Notes: generated by a model from the sequence alone, not told the origin. A stretch of DNA of 56,733 nt from a virus (IMGVR_UViG_3300025087_000080:1-56733); one strand, 5' to 3'; numbered from the stretch's first letter, positions 8,760 through 19,448 are shown. A program made the numbers and translations.

Positions 8760-9833
8760 ATGCCGACATTTCAGGAAATAGGGGCAAGCTTTCTTCAAGG
8801 GCTTCAGCGAGGTCAAGATAAACGAGAGGCTCGTGATATACGAGCGGAAGATATTACTCGTGAGAATCAACTCCGAGCTGATCAATTGAAATCTAAGATA
8901 GCTTCTTTTGTGATTGAATACGGTAAGGATTACACAGAAGATTCATTAAAGTTGTTTATCGGGGAAATATCTTCCAATCCTTCAGAGCAGGGGTTGTTGC
9001 AAGCATCACAATACCTAAAACGGAAAGACCCCTATTTAGAACAACAGGCACAGCAAACAGGTGCTATGGGGAGAATTTTCTCGCAACTTCCTGTGACTAC
9101 AGGACAACCAATTCCAACAGGACAACCGATAAGAAGTGCGCTTGATCCACTCCCGATGTCCACACAAGAACAAGCAGTTGCCTCTCAACCTCCTCTTACA
9201 GAAGGCGATTTTGTGCAGCAGTTATATAGCTTGTCACAAGATGAATTTGATCAGTTAAGGATAAGTAGTTTGAATGATCCTTTTGCTACAGAGATGCTTG
9301 ATAAGGTGGCGGAATTCAGGAAAGACGACGCTAAACCTCCAATTTATGTAAGGGCAATAGATCCGAGTGATGGTGCAGTATGGACATATAATAAGTACAA
9401 TCCAAACGAGAAGATATTAGTTTTATCTGGTACTGAGACTAACCGGAGAAAAAGGGAATACGATCTGCTACTGACTCAGGATAAATATCAAGATACGTTT
9501 GACAAGCTATCTGAAGTTGATAAGGAGAGAATAAGCCTAAATGGTACAAGAATAAAGAGTAAATATAGTGTTATTGAAGACTACAGGGGAAAAATTGCTG
9601 ATTTATCAGAGAAATTAAGCAATTCCTATCTCTTGGGTGATGAAGAAAAAAGATCACTGCAAACAGAGATTGGTACTCTCAAAGCTGCCTTGGAAGCAGA
9701 AGAATCAGAGATTCAGGAGCTAATGGATGAGCAGGATGAGATAGTGGGGGATAAATCTCCTGCCAAGAAGGAGAAAAGTAAAGAGGAAGTTAGTGACGAT
9801 GATCTTGAATCTTTAATTAACGAGTTGGAATAA
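8760..9833 (+). CDS. Putative internal virion/ejection protein
   Basis: Coiled-coil rich, 'GASFLQGLQRG' N-terminus; module context. Confidence 0.55.
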   Translation: MPTFQEIGASFLQGLQRGQDKREARDIRAEDITRENQLRADQLKSKIASFVIEYGKDYTEDSLKLFIGEISSNPSEQGLLQASQYLKRKDPYLEQQAQQTGAMGRIFSQLPVTTGQPIPTGQPIRSALDPLPMSTQEQAVASQPPLTEGDFVQQLYSLSQDEFDQLRISSLNDPFATEMLDKVAEFRKDDAKPPIYVRAIDPSDGAVWTYNKYNPNEKILVLSGTETNRRKREYDLLLTQDKYQDTFDKLSEVDKERISLNGTRIKSKYSVIEDYRGKIADLSEKLSNSYLLGDEEKRSLQTEIGTLKAALEAEESEIQELMDEQDEIVGDKSPAKKEKSKEEVSDDDLESLINELE

Positions 9834-9836
9834 CAC

Positions 9837-12800
9837 ATGTCATTCACCAAAGACGAGATCCGATACTATTTAAGGTACAAACAAGACAAGGCGTCTTTAT
9901 CAACAGAGGAGAAGTCTGCCCTTGCATCTGCGCTTAAACGAGAAGGACGCACTCCGCGTAAAAAGTCAGGGGTTAAGCCTTCAGAAGACCTGTCTGTTCC
10001 CTTCGCCGAGCGTGTTACAGAGACTACTCTCTCGCTTCCACCGCTTTCTCGCGAGGCGCAAGAAAAGCAAAAAGAGATCGAAGCACAGCAGTTATTGACT
10101 CAAAATGTTCCTTTCCCGCCAGTCCCCGAAGAGACCACAATAACTCCTGTTCCGCTTGTAACTCCCCAAGTAATTATGGAAGAGAAACGGGTGCGAACGG
10201 AGGCAAGAATTGCCGGAACTATAGCAGGGGCTAAGGACTTTGCTGCTTTGGTCTCTCAGACTATCCTTCCGATAAATCCTCTTCAGATACCGGCAGCGAT
10301 TGTAGCGCGTCCTATGATTGAAGCGGACGTTGCCGCTGCTCCTTACCGTAAAACCAAAAATCTTGATGCGATTCTGCAAGCTCACCTCGAACGCGTGGGA
10401 AACCCAAAAATATATGATCAGGGGTATATTGATAAGCTCTCGGAAGAGCTTTCTATCACCGCCACGGATGCACAGCGATTAACCGACGCTGTACTCCGTG
10501 CAGCCCCTTCAGTTGTTGCAGCTATTGCAACAACTGGATTGTCTGTTGCATACGACGCTATGGCATCCGCGGTGCTTGAGGGAGTAATACCTCCTACTCG
10601 CGAGCAGATTGCAAAGGCAGCAAGCCTTCCTGAGCGTCCCTCTTGGATGCCACCTGAATTAGCTGCTCGTCTTACAAATGCTGGGATCTATGGAGCACTC
10701 GGAGTACTGTCTATCCGACCCTTTGCAGATAAACTACTCCGCGGGATGGCTGCAAAGAATCAAATCAATCAGAAAATAGCAGATCAATATATTCGCAGGC
10801 TTGATGATGAGAGAATGATTGAGACTGCTAAAGAGAAGGCTGTAGTAGACCGTCTGGAAAAGCACAAAGCAAAGCTCACGGAGGACTACGGATTCGATAT
10901 TAGTGAATCCGCAACTGAGGCAGTTCGTGTGGGAGACTTTAAGAGGTATGGACTTTCTGAGGAGATAGATTTCTTTGTCAAGAATAACTTTGGGGATGAA
11001 ACCATAAACAACAAAATTTTAATTGAAAGACTTGAAGATTCTAGAGTGCGATCAGAAGTGCGCGAAGCCTATATCAAGAGACTATTTAAGGACACAGATT
11101 CTCCAGAAGCGCATGAGGCAAGAGTAAATTGGATGAGGCAATTTGCTCTTCCGCAAATGTTGAGAGAAGAAAAACTTCGTATTGCCCGTCAAAGCGGGTT
11201 GAGAAATGCAGTTGAGTGGATAGAGCACCCCGATGGGCTTGAGGCAATTGCCCGTGAAAATGCTACTGCATTAGCTGTTCTCGATAAGGCTAAAAACACG
11301 GCTGTCAGGTTAGGCGATGATGTTACCCTAACCCGGCTTACTTCAATTGCTGATGAAGCAAAGAGGAGTCGTGAGATCAAAGATCTGAACGAAATGTTTG
11401 ATTCTACGCTCCTACACCCGGGGACAGGAGAATTGACAGAGGCGGGGGAAGTAATCAAGAAGCAGCTTGATGACAAATTGATTGTCGGGGACTCGGTTAC
11501 TAAGAGCGAGTTGGAGGATGCAGTAAAGATGCGGACAAAAGGGGTAAAGAGACCGCTGAAAGAACGCCTTAAAGAAACAGCAGAGTCTTTATACACAGAG
11601 ATGGTATCGAGGCTTACCCCGCTTGAGAAGTTAGGGAGGCTCAACAAAATGGTGAATGTCCGTGCCAGGCTGTATGCGGACTATCCACAGGTAGTAGATA
11701 ATATGGTTAATCACAGTATCGGGAAGGTTGTAGTTAAGAATGGGCAATGGTGGTATGAGAAAGTAACCGACGGATTATTGAAGATATTAGACCCTATTAA
11801 AGAGGATATTGACACATTTTTCCGTTATGGTTTAATGAAGCGAGCAATTGAATTGTCTGAACGTGAGACCCCTATTAGTTTAGGCATTGACGTTATGAAG
11901 GCTCGCAGCTTGACTGCCAGGCTTGATGCAACAGACCCGCGGCTTGCCAAGATTCACGGGGAGTATGTCAAGGCAATGCACTTTCTTGTGGATTCAAGCG
12001 TTGAATCGGGTGTGCTCTCGCGTGAGGCTGGGGAAGCGATGAAGAACAGTAACGCATTCTACGTCCCTGCCAGGCGCGTTATCGACGAAGCATTCTCAAA
12101 TAGCGGGATTGGGAAAAATGGCATCCCATTCAAAAAGATTGAAGGAAGCAAAAGACCAATAGATAATCCGCTTTATCATTCTATGATGAATATGGCGATG
12201 GTGGTGCGGAAGAATCAGCAGAATCTCCTTCTACAGGAAGTGGTAAAGGCAGCAGAATCCTTAGGGGAGGAGGGTCGATGGATTGCGAGACGGATTGCAA
12301 AGCAGGATGTGCTAGAGCCAAGTGACCTCAATAGGATACGCGATAAGGTTGTTGAATTAGGCGTTGACGGGTTCGACAAGAATACTGTTGATGCTCTTTC
12401 CGATGAAGCTATTCAGGCTATGGCTAACTGGGTAGAACCATTTAGCGCAGCGGGAGTCAACAGGGTAATCATTCGGCATGATGGGGTAGGGGAACTGTGG
12501 GAAATAGCACCTAAGCTCTATAATGCCTTGTATAACGGGAATCCTGATAGAGGGCTTATCTACAATATATTGGCTACCGCATCTGGGGCTAAAATTCTGA
12601 GGGGAACAGCGACTCAATATAATCCGGCATTCACCATGATGAATTATACCCGCGACCAGATAACTGCGGGGGTGTTAAGCGAGGAAAATTATATTCCCTT
12701 TTATGATGGGGCGAAGGGGATGTTCCGCATCTTGAAGAACAAATTAGGTATAAGAGATGGAATTTACGAAACTTATCGTGCACTAGGTGGCGGGCAAGAT

Positions 12801-14420
12801 GCTGTTTACCATGTCACGGGGAAAAATATCAGGAAGCAAATAGAGGCAATGTCTGATATTCAGAAGAGTAACTTCTGGAGGGTTGCGAATCCCAAGAGAG
12901 TCGCTTCTGTGGTGCTTGATTATATGAGTAAGGCGAATGACGTATTTGAACAGGCAACGCGTATTCAGGAATTTACCAAAGGTGCTAAAAAAGCCACAAC
13001 GTATGATGATATTCTGATTGCCAGGCTGAACAGCAAGGATGTTACTGTTGATTTTAGTAGGGGTGGTGATGTCGGGAAAGCGACTAATGATTTTGTCCCG
13101 TTTTTTAACGCAGGGATTCAGGGTACAGACGTGCTTATTCGGAAAATGATAGCACACCCTGTAAGAACAACATCTAAAATGATAGCACTTACAACATTCC
13201 CCGCAATTATGATCCAATTACGCATCCTTACTGATGAGGATTATACCAGAGATTATTTTGAGAATCACCATTCATACGAACGGGATATAAAGTGGCTAAT
13301 CCCGTTAGGGAAACAAGTGAACCCTGTGACAGGTGAGATAGAGGTCGATTGGTTATCATTACCCAAGCCTCCCGGCCCGCTTGCAGGGGAATCGGTATTG
13401 ACGGAACGGTTTGTGCAATGGCTAGCTTACTGTGCGAATAAAAACATCCTCGGAATTTCAGAAAATGAGATTCATCGTGATTTAATTTGGGATGATATTG
13501 CTCGCACACTGATAACACAAACAGCTACATTTGGGATAGGTGGACTATCTGACCTGTTCCCGACAACGGTCGGAACTGCGGTAGGTCTAATGCATGATAC
13601 CGACCCCTTCAGGGGAATCCCGATTGAGGGGTACAAAAGAGAAAAATACGCAAAGCCGGATATTGTTAAGGGCAGTACTAGTGAGATAGCGATTGCGCTG
13701 GGTCAGAGTTTTCCCATTCGGGATAAGGTTGATATTTCTCCTGCGGAGATTGATTTCATTCTTGAACACCAATTCTCCTCGTGGGGAAAAACGGCAATGG
13801 GGATATCTAATTTTCTTGCCGTCCATTACGGAGATCGTGCAGCTCCTCCCCGTGAAAGTGTTGTGCGTAGTGTGCCTATTATCAATCGGTTCGTGGCTCA
13901 ACGGTCAAAGGGGTTGGGGATTCCGTTGATAACAGGATTTATTGAGGATTGGAAAGATTTTAGTAGGTCTTACAATTCTCTGATGGAAAATGCGGGGGTT
14001 GAATGGGATCGCAAGGAAAAGGGATTAACCTATAAAACAAAGCCAAACACAAAGCGGATAGAACAGATTCTGCGCAATGACGGCGTGGTTTTGTTCGGAA
14101 CCAATGTGAAGTTAGATAAGCTGGAAAATGGCACCTATGACAGCAGGCAGGTTGAGGGATTGTTAATGCTTGCACATGAACAGTATATGTTCAGGAGTGA
14201 TGTTGAGAAGATGGTCTCCGAGGCATACGATTTAAGCAAGGATATTTTGGAGGATTTAGATGTTGAGGGGAACCCAGCAAAGTACACCAAGGAGCAGAAG
14301 CGAGAAATGATTGACCAGATTGTAAGCAGGGCATCGAGAGAGGTTGCCGGCTACAAGTTGAAGAAAGAAGAATTGATTAAAAACTACAAAAAGATATTTG
14401 AAGAAAAGGGGTTAAAATGA
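9837..14420 (+). CDS. Large internal virion/DNA-ejection protein (LPD38-like C-terminal region)
   Basis: 1527 aa helical protein with 'TVDFSRGG...NDFVPFFNAGIQG' and 'DPFRGIPIE' motifs recalled from large polyvalent phage proteins. Confidence 0.7.
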   Translation: MSFTKDEIRYYLRYKQDKASLSTEEKSALASALKREGRTPRKKSGVKPSEDLSVPFAERVTETTLSLPPLSREAQEKQKEIEAQQLLTQNVPFPPVPEETTITPVPLVTPQVIMEEKRVRTEARIAGTIAGAKDFAALVSQTILPINPLQIPAAIVARPMIEADVAAAPYRKTKNLDAILQAHLERVGNPKIYDQGYIDKLSEELSITATDAQRLTDAVLRAAPSVVAAIATTGLSVAYDAMASAVLEGVIPPTREQIAKAASLPERPSWMPPELAARLTNAGIYGALGVLSIRPFADKLLRGMAAKNQINQKIADQYIRRLDDERMIETAKEKAVVDRLEKHKAKLTEDYGFDISESATEAVRVGDFKRYGLSEEIDFFVKNNFGDETINNKILIERLEDSRVRSEVREAYIKRLFKDTDSPEAHEARVNWMRQFALPQMLREEKLRIARQSGLRNAVEWIEHPDGLEAIARENATALAVLDKAKNTAVRLGDDVTLTRLTSIADEAKRSREIKDLNEMFDSTLLHPGTGELTEAGEVIKKQLDDKLIVGDSVTKSELEDAVKMRTKGVKRPLKERLKETAESLYTEMVSRLTPLEKLGRLNKMVNVRARLYADYPQVVDNMVNHSIGKVVVKNGQWWYEKVTDGLLKILDPIKEDIDTFFRYGLMKRAIELSERETPISLGIDVMKARSLTARLDATDPRLAKIHGEYVKAMHFLVDSSVESGVLSREAGEAMKNSNAFYVPARRVIDEAFSNSGIGKNGIPFKKIEGSKRPIDNPLYHSMMNMAMVVRKNQQNLLLQEVVKAAESLGEEGRWIARRIAKQDVLEPSDLNRIRDKVVELGVDGFDKNTVDALSDEAIQAMANWVEPFSAAGVNRVIIRHDGVGELWEIAPKLYNALYNGNPDRGLIYNILATASGAKILRGTATQYNPAFTMMNYTRDQITAGVLSEENYIPFYDGAKGMFRILKNKLGIRDGIYETYRALGGGQDAVYHVTGKNIRKQIEAMSDIQKSNFWRVANPKRVASVVLDYMSKANDVFEQATRIQEFTKGAKKATTYDDILIARLNSKDVTVDFSRGGDVGKATNDFVPFFNAGIQGTDVLIRKMIAHPVRTTSKMIALTTFPAIMIQLRILTDEDYTRDYFENHHSYERDIKWLIPLGKQVNPVTGEIEVDWLSLPKPPGPLAGESVLTERFVQWLAYCANKNILGISENEIHRDLIWDDIARTLITQTATFGIGGLSDLFPTTVGTAVGLMHDTDPFRGIPIEGYKREKYAKPDIVKGSTSEIAIALGQSFPIRDKVDISPAEIDFILEHQFSSWGKTAMGISNFLAVHYGDRAAPPRESVVRSVPIINRFVAQRSKGLGIPLITGFIEDWKDFSRSYNSLMENAGVEWDRKEKGLTYKTKPNTKRIEQILRNDGVVLFGTNVKLDKLENGTYDSRQVEGLLMLAHEQYMFRSDVEKMVSEAYDLSKDILEDLDVEGNPAKYTKEQKREMIDQIVSRASREVAGYKLKKEELIKNYKKIFEEKGLK

Positions 14421-15010
14421 GTGGGAAAAAGAAAGTTGTGGGGTTGTTTGTCGTGTTGTTGTCGCTGTCACTGCTTGCCTTTGGTGGACAGGATAGCTGG
14501 TATCAGGTCTACAATTTTTTGATCGGGCAAACAACTGCTGTCTCTGTGTCTCCCGACACAACGGTTATGACTCTTTCAAATTCCACAGACTCAAATTTTG
14601 TGGATAGCACAAATTACAATATGTATGTGTCTCCTGTGTTCTTTGGAAAAAATGTGTACTGGAATGGGGAGATTATGCCTTACGTGCATGTGAGCGACAC
14701 AATGTATCTTGATGTCTGGGCTTTCCCGTGTGTTATGTCTAGTTCGAGAAACGATCATTCCGTCACGCTGGCTAAGGCATTGATGAAATCTGAGAGTGGA
14801 ACTGCTGATAGTATTTTGATATTCAGTGATTCTCTAAAGGCAATAAACACGTGGACTCAATTATCTTGGTCACGAGCCTCTGGCGACCTGAATTGGGGGC
14901 CATGTGCCGGATTTAATGTTGTTGTGAAGCGTTCAATAATCCCCACAAATCTTGATACTGCAAGTGCGGGATTCACAGCATCGTTCCAGTTTTTAGGTGC
15001 GAGGCAGTAA
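14417..15010 (+). CDS. Hypothetical protein with N-terminal signal peptide
   Basis: MSGKKK followed by hydrophobic VVGLFVVLLSLSLLAFG; ATGA overlap with the upstream gene. Confidence 0.6.
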   Translation: MSGKKKVVGLFVVLLSLSLLAFGGQDSWYQVYNFLIGQTTAVSVSPDTTVMTLSNSTDSNFVDSTNYNMYVSPVFFGKNVYWNGEIMPYVHVSDTMYLDVWAFPCVMSSSRNDHSVTLAKALMKSESGTADSILIFSDSLKAINTWTQLSWSRASGDLNWGPCAGFNVVVKRSIIPTNLDTASAGFTASFQFLGARQ

Positions 15011-15023
15011 AGGAGATAACAAA

Positions 15024-16154
15024 ATGAGTGCTTGGGGCAATGCTGGTATTCCTGCACGTATTACGGGGAATAAGACCTTTCTCGGGAATGTGACAGTCAA
15101 CGGGGATTTTACTGTTGACGGGAGTTTTAATTTCGGGGATGTGGCGACAGATACGCTGACGGCTAACGGGAAGGTGATTATTGACCTGACCGACACAGAG
15201 GCGTTGCTTATTCGTAAAAATGCGGATGATGGAGATATATTGACGGTTAATACAACTACTCCACTGGTTACAATTAACTCCGGGGTAACAGTATCAACGG
15301 GTCAACTGATTCTCCCTGTTGGTGCGGTTGGTACGCCATCCGCAACATTTGCGGGTGCGTTAAACTCCGGATTGTACTTGGGTGGGGCGGGGGATGTCAG
15401 AATTTCGTGTGCAGGATCTCTGAGCCTACAGGTGATCGCGACCAGAATTTCCCCGACGGGGACGGTAGGCAAACCCGCGATGATGAACGAGTTTGCGACG
15501 ATAACGAATCCGGGATTTGCCTTTGTTGGTGATGAGGACTCTGGCATGGGGTATAACGGTGCTGGTAATCCGGCAATTATCGGCAACGGCAGAACAATTT
15601 GCCTATTCAATGCCGTTGCCAGCAGCGCAAATTATCTTCAAATCGCACCTTCAGTTTCAACCGAGGTCAACATCTCCTCGGAAGGGCAGAGTACTGATAT
15701 CCCCATTGAGATTGAGCCGAAAGGCACCGGAGCGATTATACTCAACTCGGCAACTGTCCAGACACTGGGCGGATCGTCTGGCGGGTTGAACGTCATCACG
15801 AAAGAGGCAACAGCGAGTATTACTGTGGATGCAGCGATAACTATTCTCGTAGCTGTCCCCGCAGGTGCTCAACTCATAGGAGCTCAACTGCGGGTTGATA
15901 CTGCTCTAACTGCGGGTGAGTTGTGGGACGCTGCCTGGAACGATGGAAGCGATATTCAAACTATCGTAACCGGTGCCGCAGTTGCAAAAAATACAAAAGC
16001 GGATGTGTTTTTCAACGCAACGGCAGTTACTAACATCACCGATGCTGAAACCAATGTTGTAATCACTAAAAATGGCGGCGGCGCATTCACCGCGCTCGGT
16101 GCAATCACTGCGATTGTGTACTATCGGACGTTTGCCGCAATGGCGGATGTATGA
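15024..16154 (+). CDS. Putative tail fibre/spike
   Basis: AAGGAG SD before ATG 15024; Gly/Thr/Ala-rich fibre-like repeats ('GAVGTPSATF', 'PGFAFVGDEDSG', 'IEPKGTGAI'). Confidence 0.65.
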   Translation: MSAWGNAGIPARITGNKTFLGNVTVNGDFTVDGSFNFGDVATDTLTANGKVIIDLTDTEALLIRKNADDGDILTVNTTTPLVTINSGVTVSTGQLILPVGAVGTPSATFAGALNSGLYLGGAGDVRISCAGSLSLQVIATRISPTGTVGKPAMMNEFATITNPGFAFVGDEDSGMGYNGAGNPAIIGNGRTICLFNAVASSANYLQIAPSVSTEVNISSEGQSTDIPIEIEPKGTGAIILNSATVQTLGGSSGGLNVITKEATASITVDAAITILVAVPAGAQLIGAQLRVDTALTAGELWDAAWNDGSDIQTIVTGAAVAKNTKADVFFNATAVTNITDAETNVVITKNGGGAFTALGAITAIVYYRTFAAMADV

Positions 16155-16333
16155 CAAGGATAACTGGTGGGATAAAACTCGTTCGTTCCGAGGTAACGCA
16201 CAAAATCGAGCCTCCCGAGTGGTTAATCGAGGCAGTGCAGGAAAAGGGTTTAACTGTGCCTTTCGAGGCGACGAATTTGGTTAGCGAGAAAAATATGGAT
16301 ATCCCATTAACCCTCAAAGTGGAGGAAAAGTGA
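16151..16333 (+). CDS. Hypothetical protein
   Basis: ATGA overlap; fills the gap in the operon. Confidence 0.5.
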   Translation: MTRITGGIKLVRSEVTHKIEPPEWLIEAVQEKGLTVPFEATNLVSEKNMDIPLTLKVEEK

Positions 16334-16334
16334 G

Positions 16335-16571
16335 ATGCCGTATGATTGTGAAGCGAAGGTTGAGAAAATCTTCAAAATCCTTGAGGGCAATGGGTCAGAG
16401 GGAGTTGTGGCTAAAGTCGTCCGATTGGATGAGAAATACAAAAGCATAAGTAGAGACCTTGAGGACATAAAGCAGGAACAGCGGGAGTCTTCTCGTTGGA
16501 CAAAAGCAACCTTTGCCTCAATCATCATCGGGGTAGGGTTTATTATCGTCAAATCATTTCTAAACATCTAA
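16335..16571 (+). CDS. Coiled-coil protein with C-terminal transmembrane helix (lysis module)
   Basis: GGAGG SD; C-terminal 'ATFASIIIGVGFIIV'. Confidence 0.55.
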   Translation: MPYDCEAKVEKIFKILEGNGSEGVVAKVVRLDEKYKSISRDLEDIKQEQRESSRWTKATFASIIIGVGFIIVKSFLNI

Positions 16572-16584
16572 GGGAGTTTTTATT

Positions 16585-16956
16585 ATGGGTGACAAGAATC
16601 CGTACCTCGACACGATTATCAAGTCTATGAATCAGTTAGGAAAGGATTGGGACGCAGTGTTATCGGGGAAGTTCAACATAAAGGAAGTGTTCAGCCTGAT
16701 AACTACGCTGGTGAGACTCGCCGAGACGATTATCATCGCACCGGAGTCGGGAGCTGATAAACACCAGCTCGTGCGTGATGCGTTCGACTACTTGGACAGG
16801 CAGTATCTCATCACCAAGCGAATCGACGATCTGGTACCCCTGCCGATTTTCCTCGAGCCGTTTGACGGAGCTGTGATTAGGAAGGTCATAGACTTCCTGA
16901 TCGGGCAGGCAGTCTCGGTATTTAATGCCACAATCTGGAAAGAAAAGACGGTATGA
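16585..16956 (+). CDS. Possible holin-like protein
   Basis: Immediately upstream of the endolysin; amphipathic helices with 'SGADKHQLV'. Confidence 0.4.
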   Translation: MGDKNPYLDTIIKSMNQLGKDWDAVLSGKFNIKEVFSLITTLVRLAETIIIAPESGADKHQLVRDAFDYLDRQYLITKRIDDLVPLPIFLEPFDGAVIRKVIDFLIGQAVSVFNATIWKEKTV

Positions 16957-17381
16957 ATTTTTCACGACCAACAGCGAAAGAAGCATTGACACACCAATCG
17001 AACATGCTTACTCTTGCTTACGAGGCTACCTATCCTGAATGCAAGGAACGTGACGAGGCTGAATCCAAGAAACTCAGCGTGAAGCAGCAACGGTTCACTT
17101 TCATGTTGGGACTGCTGATAGTGAAGGCGTACAGTCTTGGCTACACCCTAACGCTGGGCGAGGGCTATACGCAAGCTGACCAGGATACTGACCATATGAA
17201 AAACAGCTTGCACTACGTCAAACTTGCTCAAGACCTGTCTCTGTTCCATGACGGTGTTTATCTCACTAGTTCCAATGCGTATGAGGAGCTGGGCAAGTAT
17301 TGGGAAAGTCTCGGTGGTGCTTGGGGAGGAAGATTCGGCGATGGGAATCATTTCTCACTCGAGCACGAGGGGAAGAAATAA
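16953..17381 (+). CDS. Endolysin, M15-family peptidase
   Basis: 'NSLHYVKLAQDL' and 'WGGRFGDGNHFS' zinc-peptidase motifs. Confidence 0.85.
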   Translation: MNFSRPTAKEALTHQSNMLTLAYEATYPECKERDEAESKKLSVKQQRFTFMLGLLIVKAYSLGYTLTLGEGYTQADQDTDHMKNSLHYVKLAQDLSLFHDGVYLTSSNAYEELGKYWESLGGAWGGRFGDGNHFSLEHEGKK

Positions 17382-17508
17382 AACCATAAAAACCCTCCCT
17401 GATCCTCAACTTAACAAATGGAACTGCGAAGCCATTCAGCAGGTTTGGACGGGGAGGGTTGTTGTTTGATAGGAAAATATCCTTATATTAAGAGGGGTAT
17501 TGCGCATT

Positions 17509-17709
17509 ATGGGAAAAGACAATTTTGTACGCGGTGTGTGCCCTGCCTGCAAGGGCAGAAAGCAATTTGTGATGAAGGATCTCAGTGGACGAGTGATGCG
17601 CGAAATCACATGTACTATATGCAACGGCGAGGGATTTGTTGATATGCTTCAAAGCAAGCCATATCCGGATAAAAAATATCGAGAAGGAGAAAAGCAGGAT
17701 GGGAAGTGA
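17509..17709 (+). CDS. Small zinc-finger protein (CxxCxGxx twice)
   Basis: CPACKGRK and CTICNGEG. Confidence 0.5.
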   Translation: MGKDNFVRGVCPACKGRKQFVMKDLSGRVMREITCTICNGEGFVDMLQSKPYPDKKYREGEKQDGK

Positions 17710-17908
17710 TCTTCTTAGCACTATATCGAGAAGTCGCAAGGCTTCCCTAAACGCACTGGGGATACTTGCCTCACTACTTGTCTGTATTGCGTCAATTCTT
17801 GGACTGTGCGAAAGTGTAGCTCTGGCTACAATCGGGACAATCGGTTTGCTGTGTGCTGGAAACACCACGCTTCAAGGGATAATTGATAAAACATCCGCCA
17901 AGAAGTAA
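17699..17908 (+). CDS. Small membrane protein (possible holin)
   Basis: AAGGAG upstream; two hydrophobic segments. Confidence 0.5.
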   Translation: MGSDLLSTISRSRKASLNALGILASLLVCIASILGLCESVALATIGTIGLLCAGNTTLQGIIDKTSAKK

Positions 17909-17940
17909 AACCCACCCCAAGTACAAAGGGATAAAGTGAA

Positions 17941-18786
17941 ATGGAAGCACTCCACTATAAAATAAACTACGAGAAAATAGGGGATGCTTACGATTTCTAC
18001 CCTATTGGGGATATTCACCTTGGTGCATATTCCTGTGATGAAGATTTACTTGTAAGGGATCTAAAACGGATTCGCGAGAACCCATTCGCTCGTGTATTAC
18101 TCATGGGAGATCTTGGAGATTTTATAGGTAGGAACGATCCCCGCTTTGATTCAAATGCACTTGCAGACTGGATCCCCGTCCGCAAGGTGTCAACGCTGTT
18201 GGAAACCCAAGTCGGAAGAATTGTTGACCACTTCAAACCCATTGCGGATCAAGGAAAGATCATAGGGGCTCTCATGGGAAACCATGAAGAGAAGGTTGCC
18301 AAGCACTACGGATTCGATATTCACGGTGCCATTTGCAGGCAACTAATGGTTTCAGACCTTGGTTACAGTGCGCTTATTCGCCTTAAATTCAAGCGTTCAA
18401 CTGTAGGGCATACTTTAGTTATTTATGCACACCACGGTCATGGTGGTGGACGGAAGTCTGGGTCAAAGATAAATAGAATCCACGATGCCGGGGCGGACTT
18501 TGAGGCGGATATTTATCTTATGGGACACACGCACGAGCGAGGTTGGGCTCCTATGAAACCAATGCTCGTTGTTGATAGTAGAGAGGAAAAAATTGTGTCG
18601 AGGGAACGTGTTTATGGGATGACAGGATCATATTTGAAAACATTTGAACGTGGTATGGCAGGTTATGGGGAGATAAAAGGATTTCCTCCGGTATCACTTG
18701 GGGGGATTCATTTCACCTACAAACCTGAGTACAGTGAGTTAGAAACATTTGATGGTGTTATCAATATGCGCAGAAGCGTAGGATAA
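17941..18786 (+). CDS. Calcineurin-like metallophosphoesterase
   Basis: GDIHLG, MGDLGD, GNHE, HHGHG and GHTH motifs. Confidence 0.9.
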   Translation: MEALHYKINYEKIGDAYDFYPIGDIHLGAYSCDEDLLVRDLKRIRENPFARVLLMGDLGDFIGRNDPRFDSNALADWIPVRKVSTLLETQVGRIVDHFKPIADQGKIIGALMGNHEEKVAKHYGFDIHGAICRQLMVSDLGYSALIRLKFKRSTVGHTLVIYAHHGHGGGRKSGSKINRIHDAGADFEADIYLMGHTHERGWAPMKPMLVVDSREEKIVSRERVYGMTGSYLKTFERGMAGYGEIKGFPPVSLGGIHFTYKPEYSELETFDGVINMRRSVG

Positions 18787-18812
18787 TAATAAACACAAGG
18801 AGTGCCAGAAAG

Positions 18813-19016
18813 GTGTCGTTTGATAATGAGTATCCAAATCGCAAGGATCACCGTGAGGAATATCGTGGGGCAAAACGGGTGGACTCAACCTGTAGAAACC
18901 ATGGGTCATGCGAATGGTGTCGGGAGAACAGACTTCACGGTAACAAGAAGCGTGAATTAGTCTGTGACGAAGAAGAAAAAGAGATCCTTAATTATTATGG
19001 GATAAAAAACAAATAG
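18813..19016 (+). CDS. Conserved small phage protein with CRNHGSCxWC motif
   Basis: AAGGAG SD; Cys/His cluster. Confidence 0.6.
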   Translation: MSFDNEYPNRKDHREEYRGAKRVDSTCRNHGSCEWCRENRLHGNKKRELVCDEEEKEILNYYGIKNK

Positions 19017-19038
19017 CCCCTCTCTCCTAAAGACAAAG

Positions 19039-19070
19039 AAAGCCCCGGCTGATCACCGGGGCTTTTTGTT
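19039..19070. terminator. Probably bidirectional intrinsic terminator where the two arms converge
   Basis: AAAGCCCCGG-ctgatca-CCGGGGCTTTTTGTT. Confidence 0.85.
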
Positions 19071-19080
19071 TGCCTTCAGT

Positions 19081-19139
19081 TGTCAAGCATTACTTGACAG
19101 CTCATCCTGCATGGTGTTTACCAACCTTTGCAGGCACTG
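19081..19139. repeat. Direct repeat copy A (partner at 19777..19835)
   Basis: First 41 nt are identical to 19777..19817, the remainder is similar; contains the palindrome TGTCAAG-CATTA-CTTGACA. Confidence 0.9.
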
Positions 19140-19148
19140 TTGTTTGAA

Positions 19149-19448
19149 TCAACCGTAACCGTAACCGTCACCGTAACCGTCACCGTCACCGTCACCGTAA
19201 CCGTAACCGTCACCGTAACCGTCACCGTCACCGTCACCGTCACCGTAACCGGAACCGTAACCGTAACCGGAACCGTAACCGTAACCGTCACCGTCACCGT
19301 CACCGTCACCGTAACCGTCACCGTCACCGTAACCGGAACCGGAACCGTAACCGTCACCGTAACCGTCACCGGAACCGTAACCGTAACCGTCACCGGAACC
19401 GTCACCGTAACCGTCACCGTCACCGTCACCGTCAGAGAGTCTTATCAT
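19149..19448 (-). CDS. Gly-rich (GD/GY/GS)n low-complexity protein
   Basis: Hexamer tandem array; ATG at 19448 overlaps the upstream stop (ATGA), implying translational coupling. Confidence 0.6.
   Translation of the reverse strand: MIRLSDGDGDGDGYGDGSGDGYGYGSGDGYGDGYGSGSGYGDGDGYGDGDGDGDGYGYGSGYGYGSGYGDGDGDGDGYGDGYGYGDGDGDGYGDGYGYG
19152..19433. repeat. Hexanucleotide tandem array (ACCGTA/ACCGTC/ACCGGA)n
   Basis: Directly visible, about 280 bp. Confidence 0.97.
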
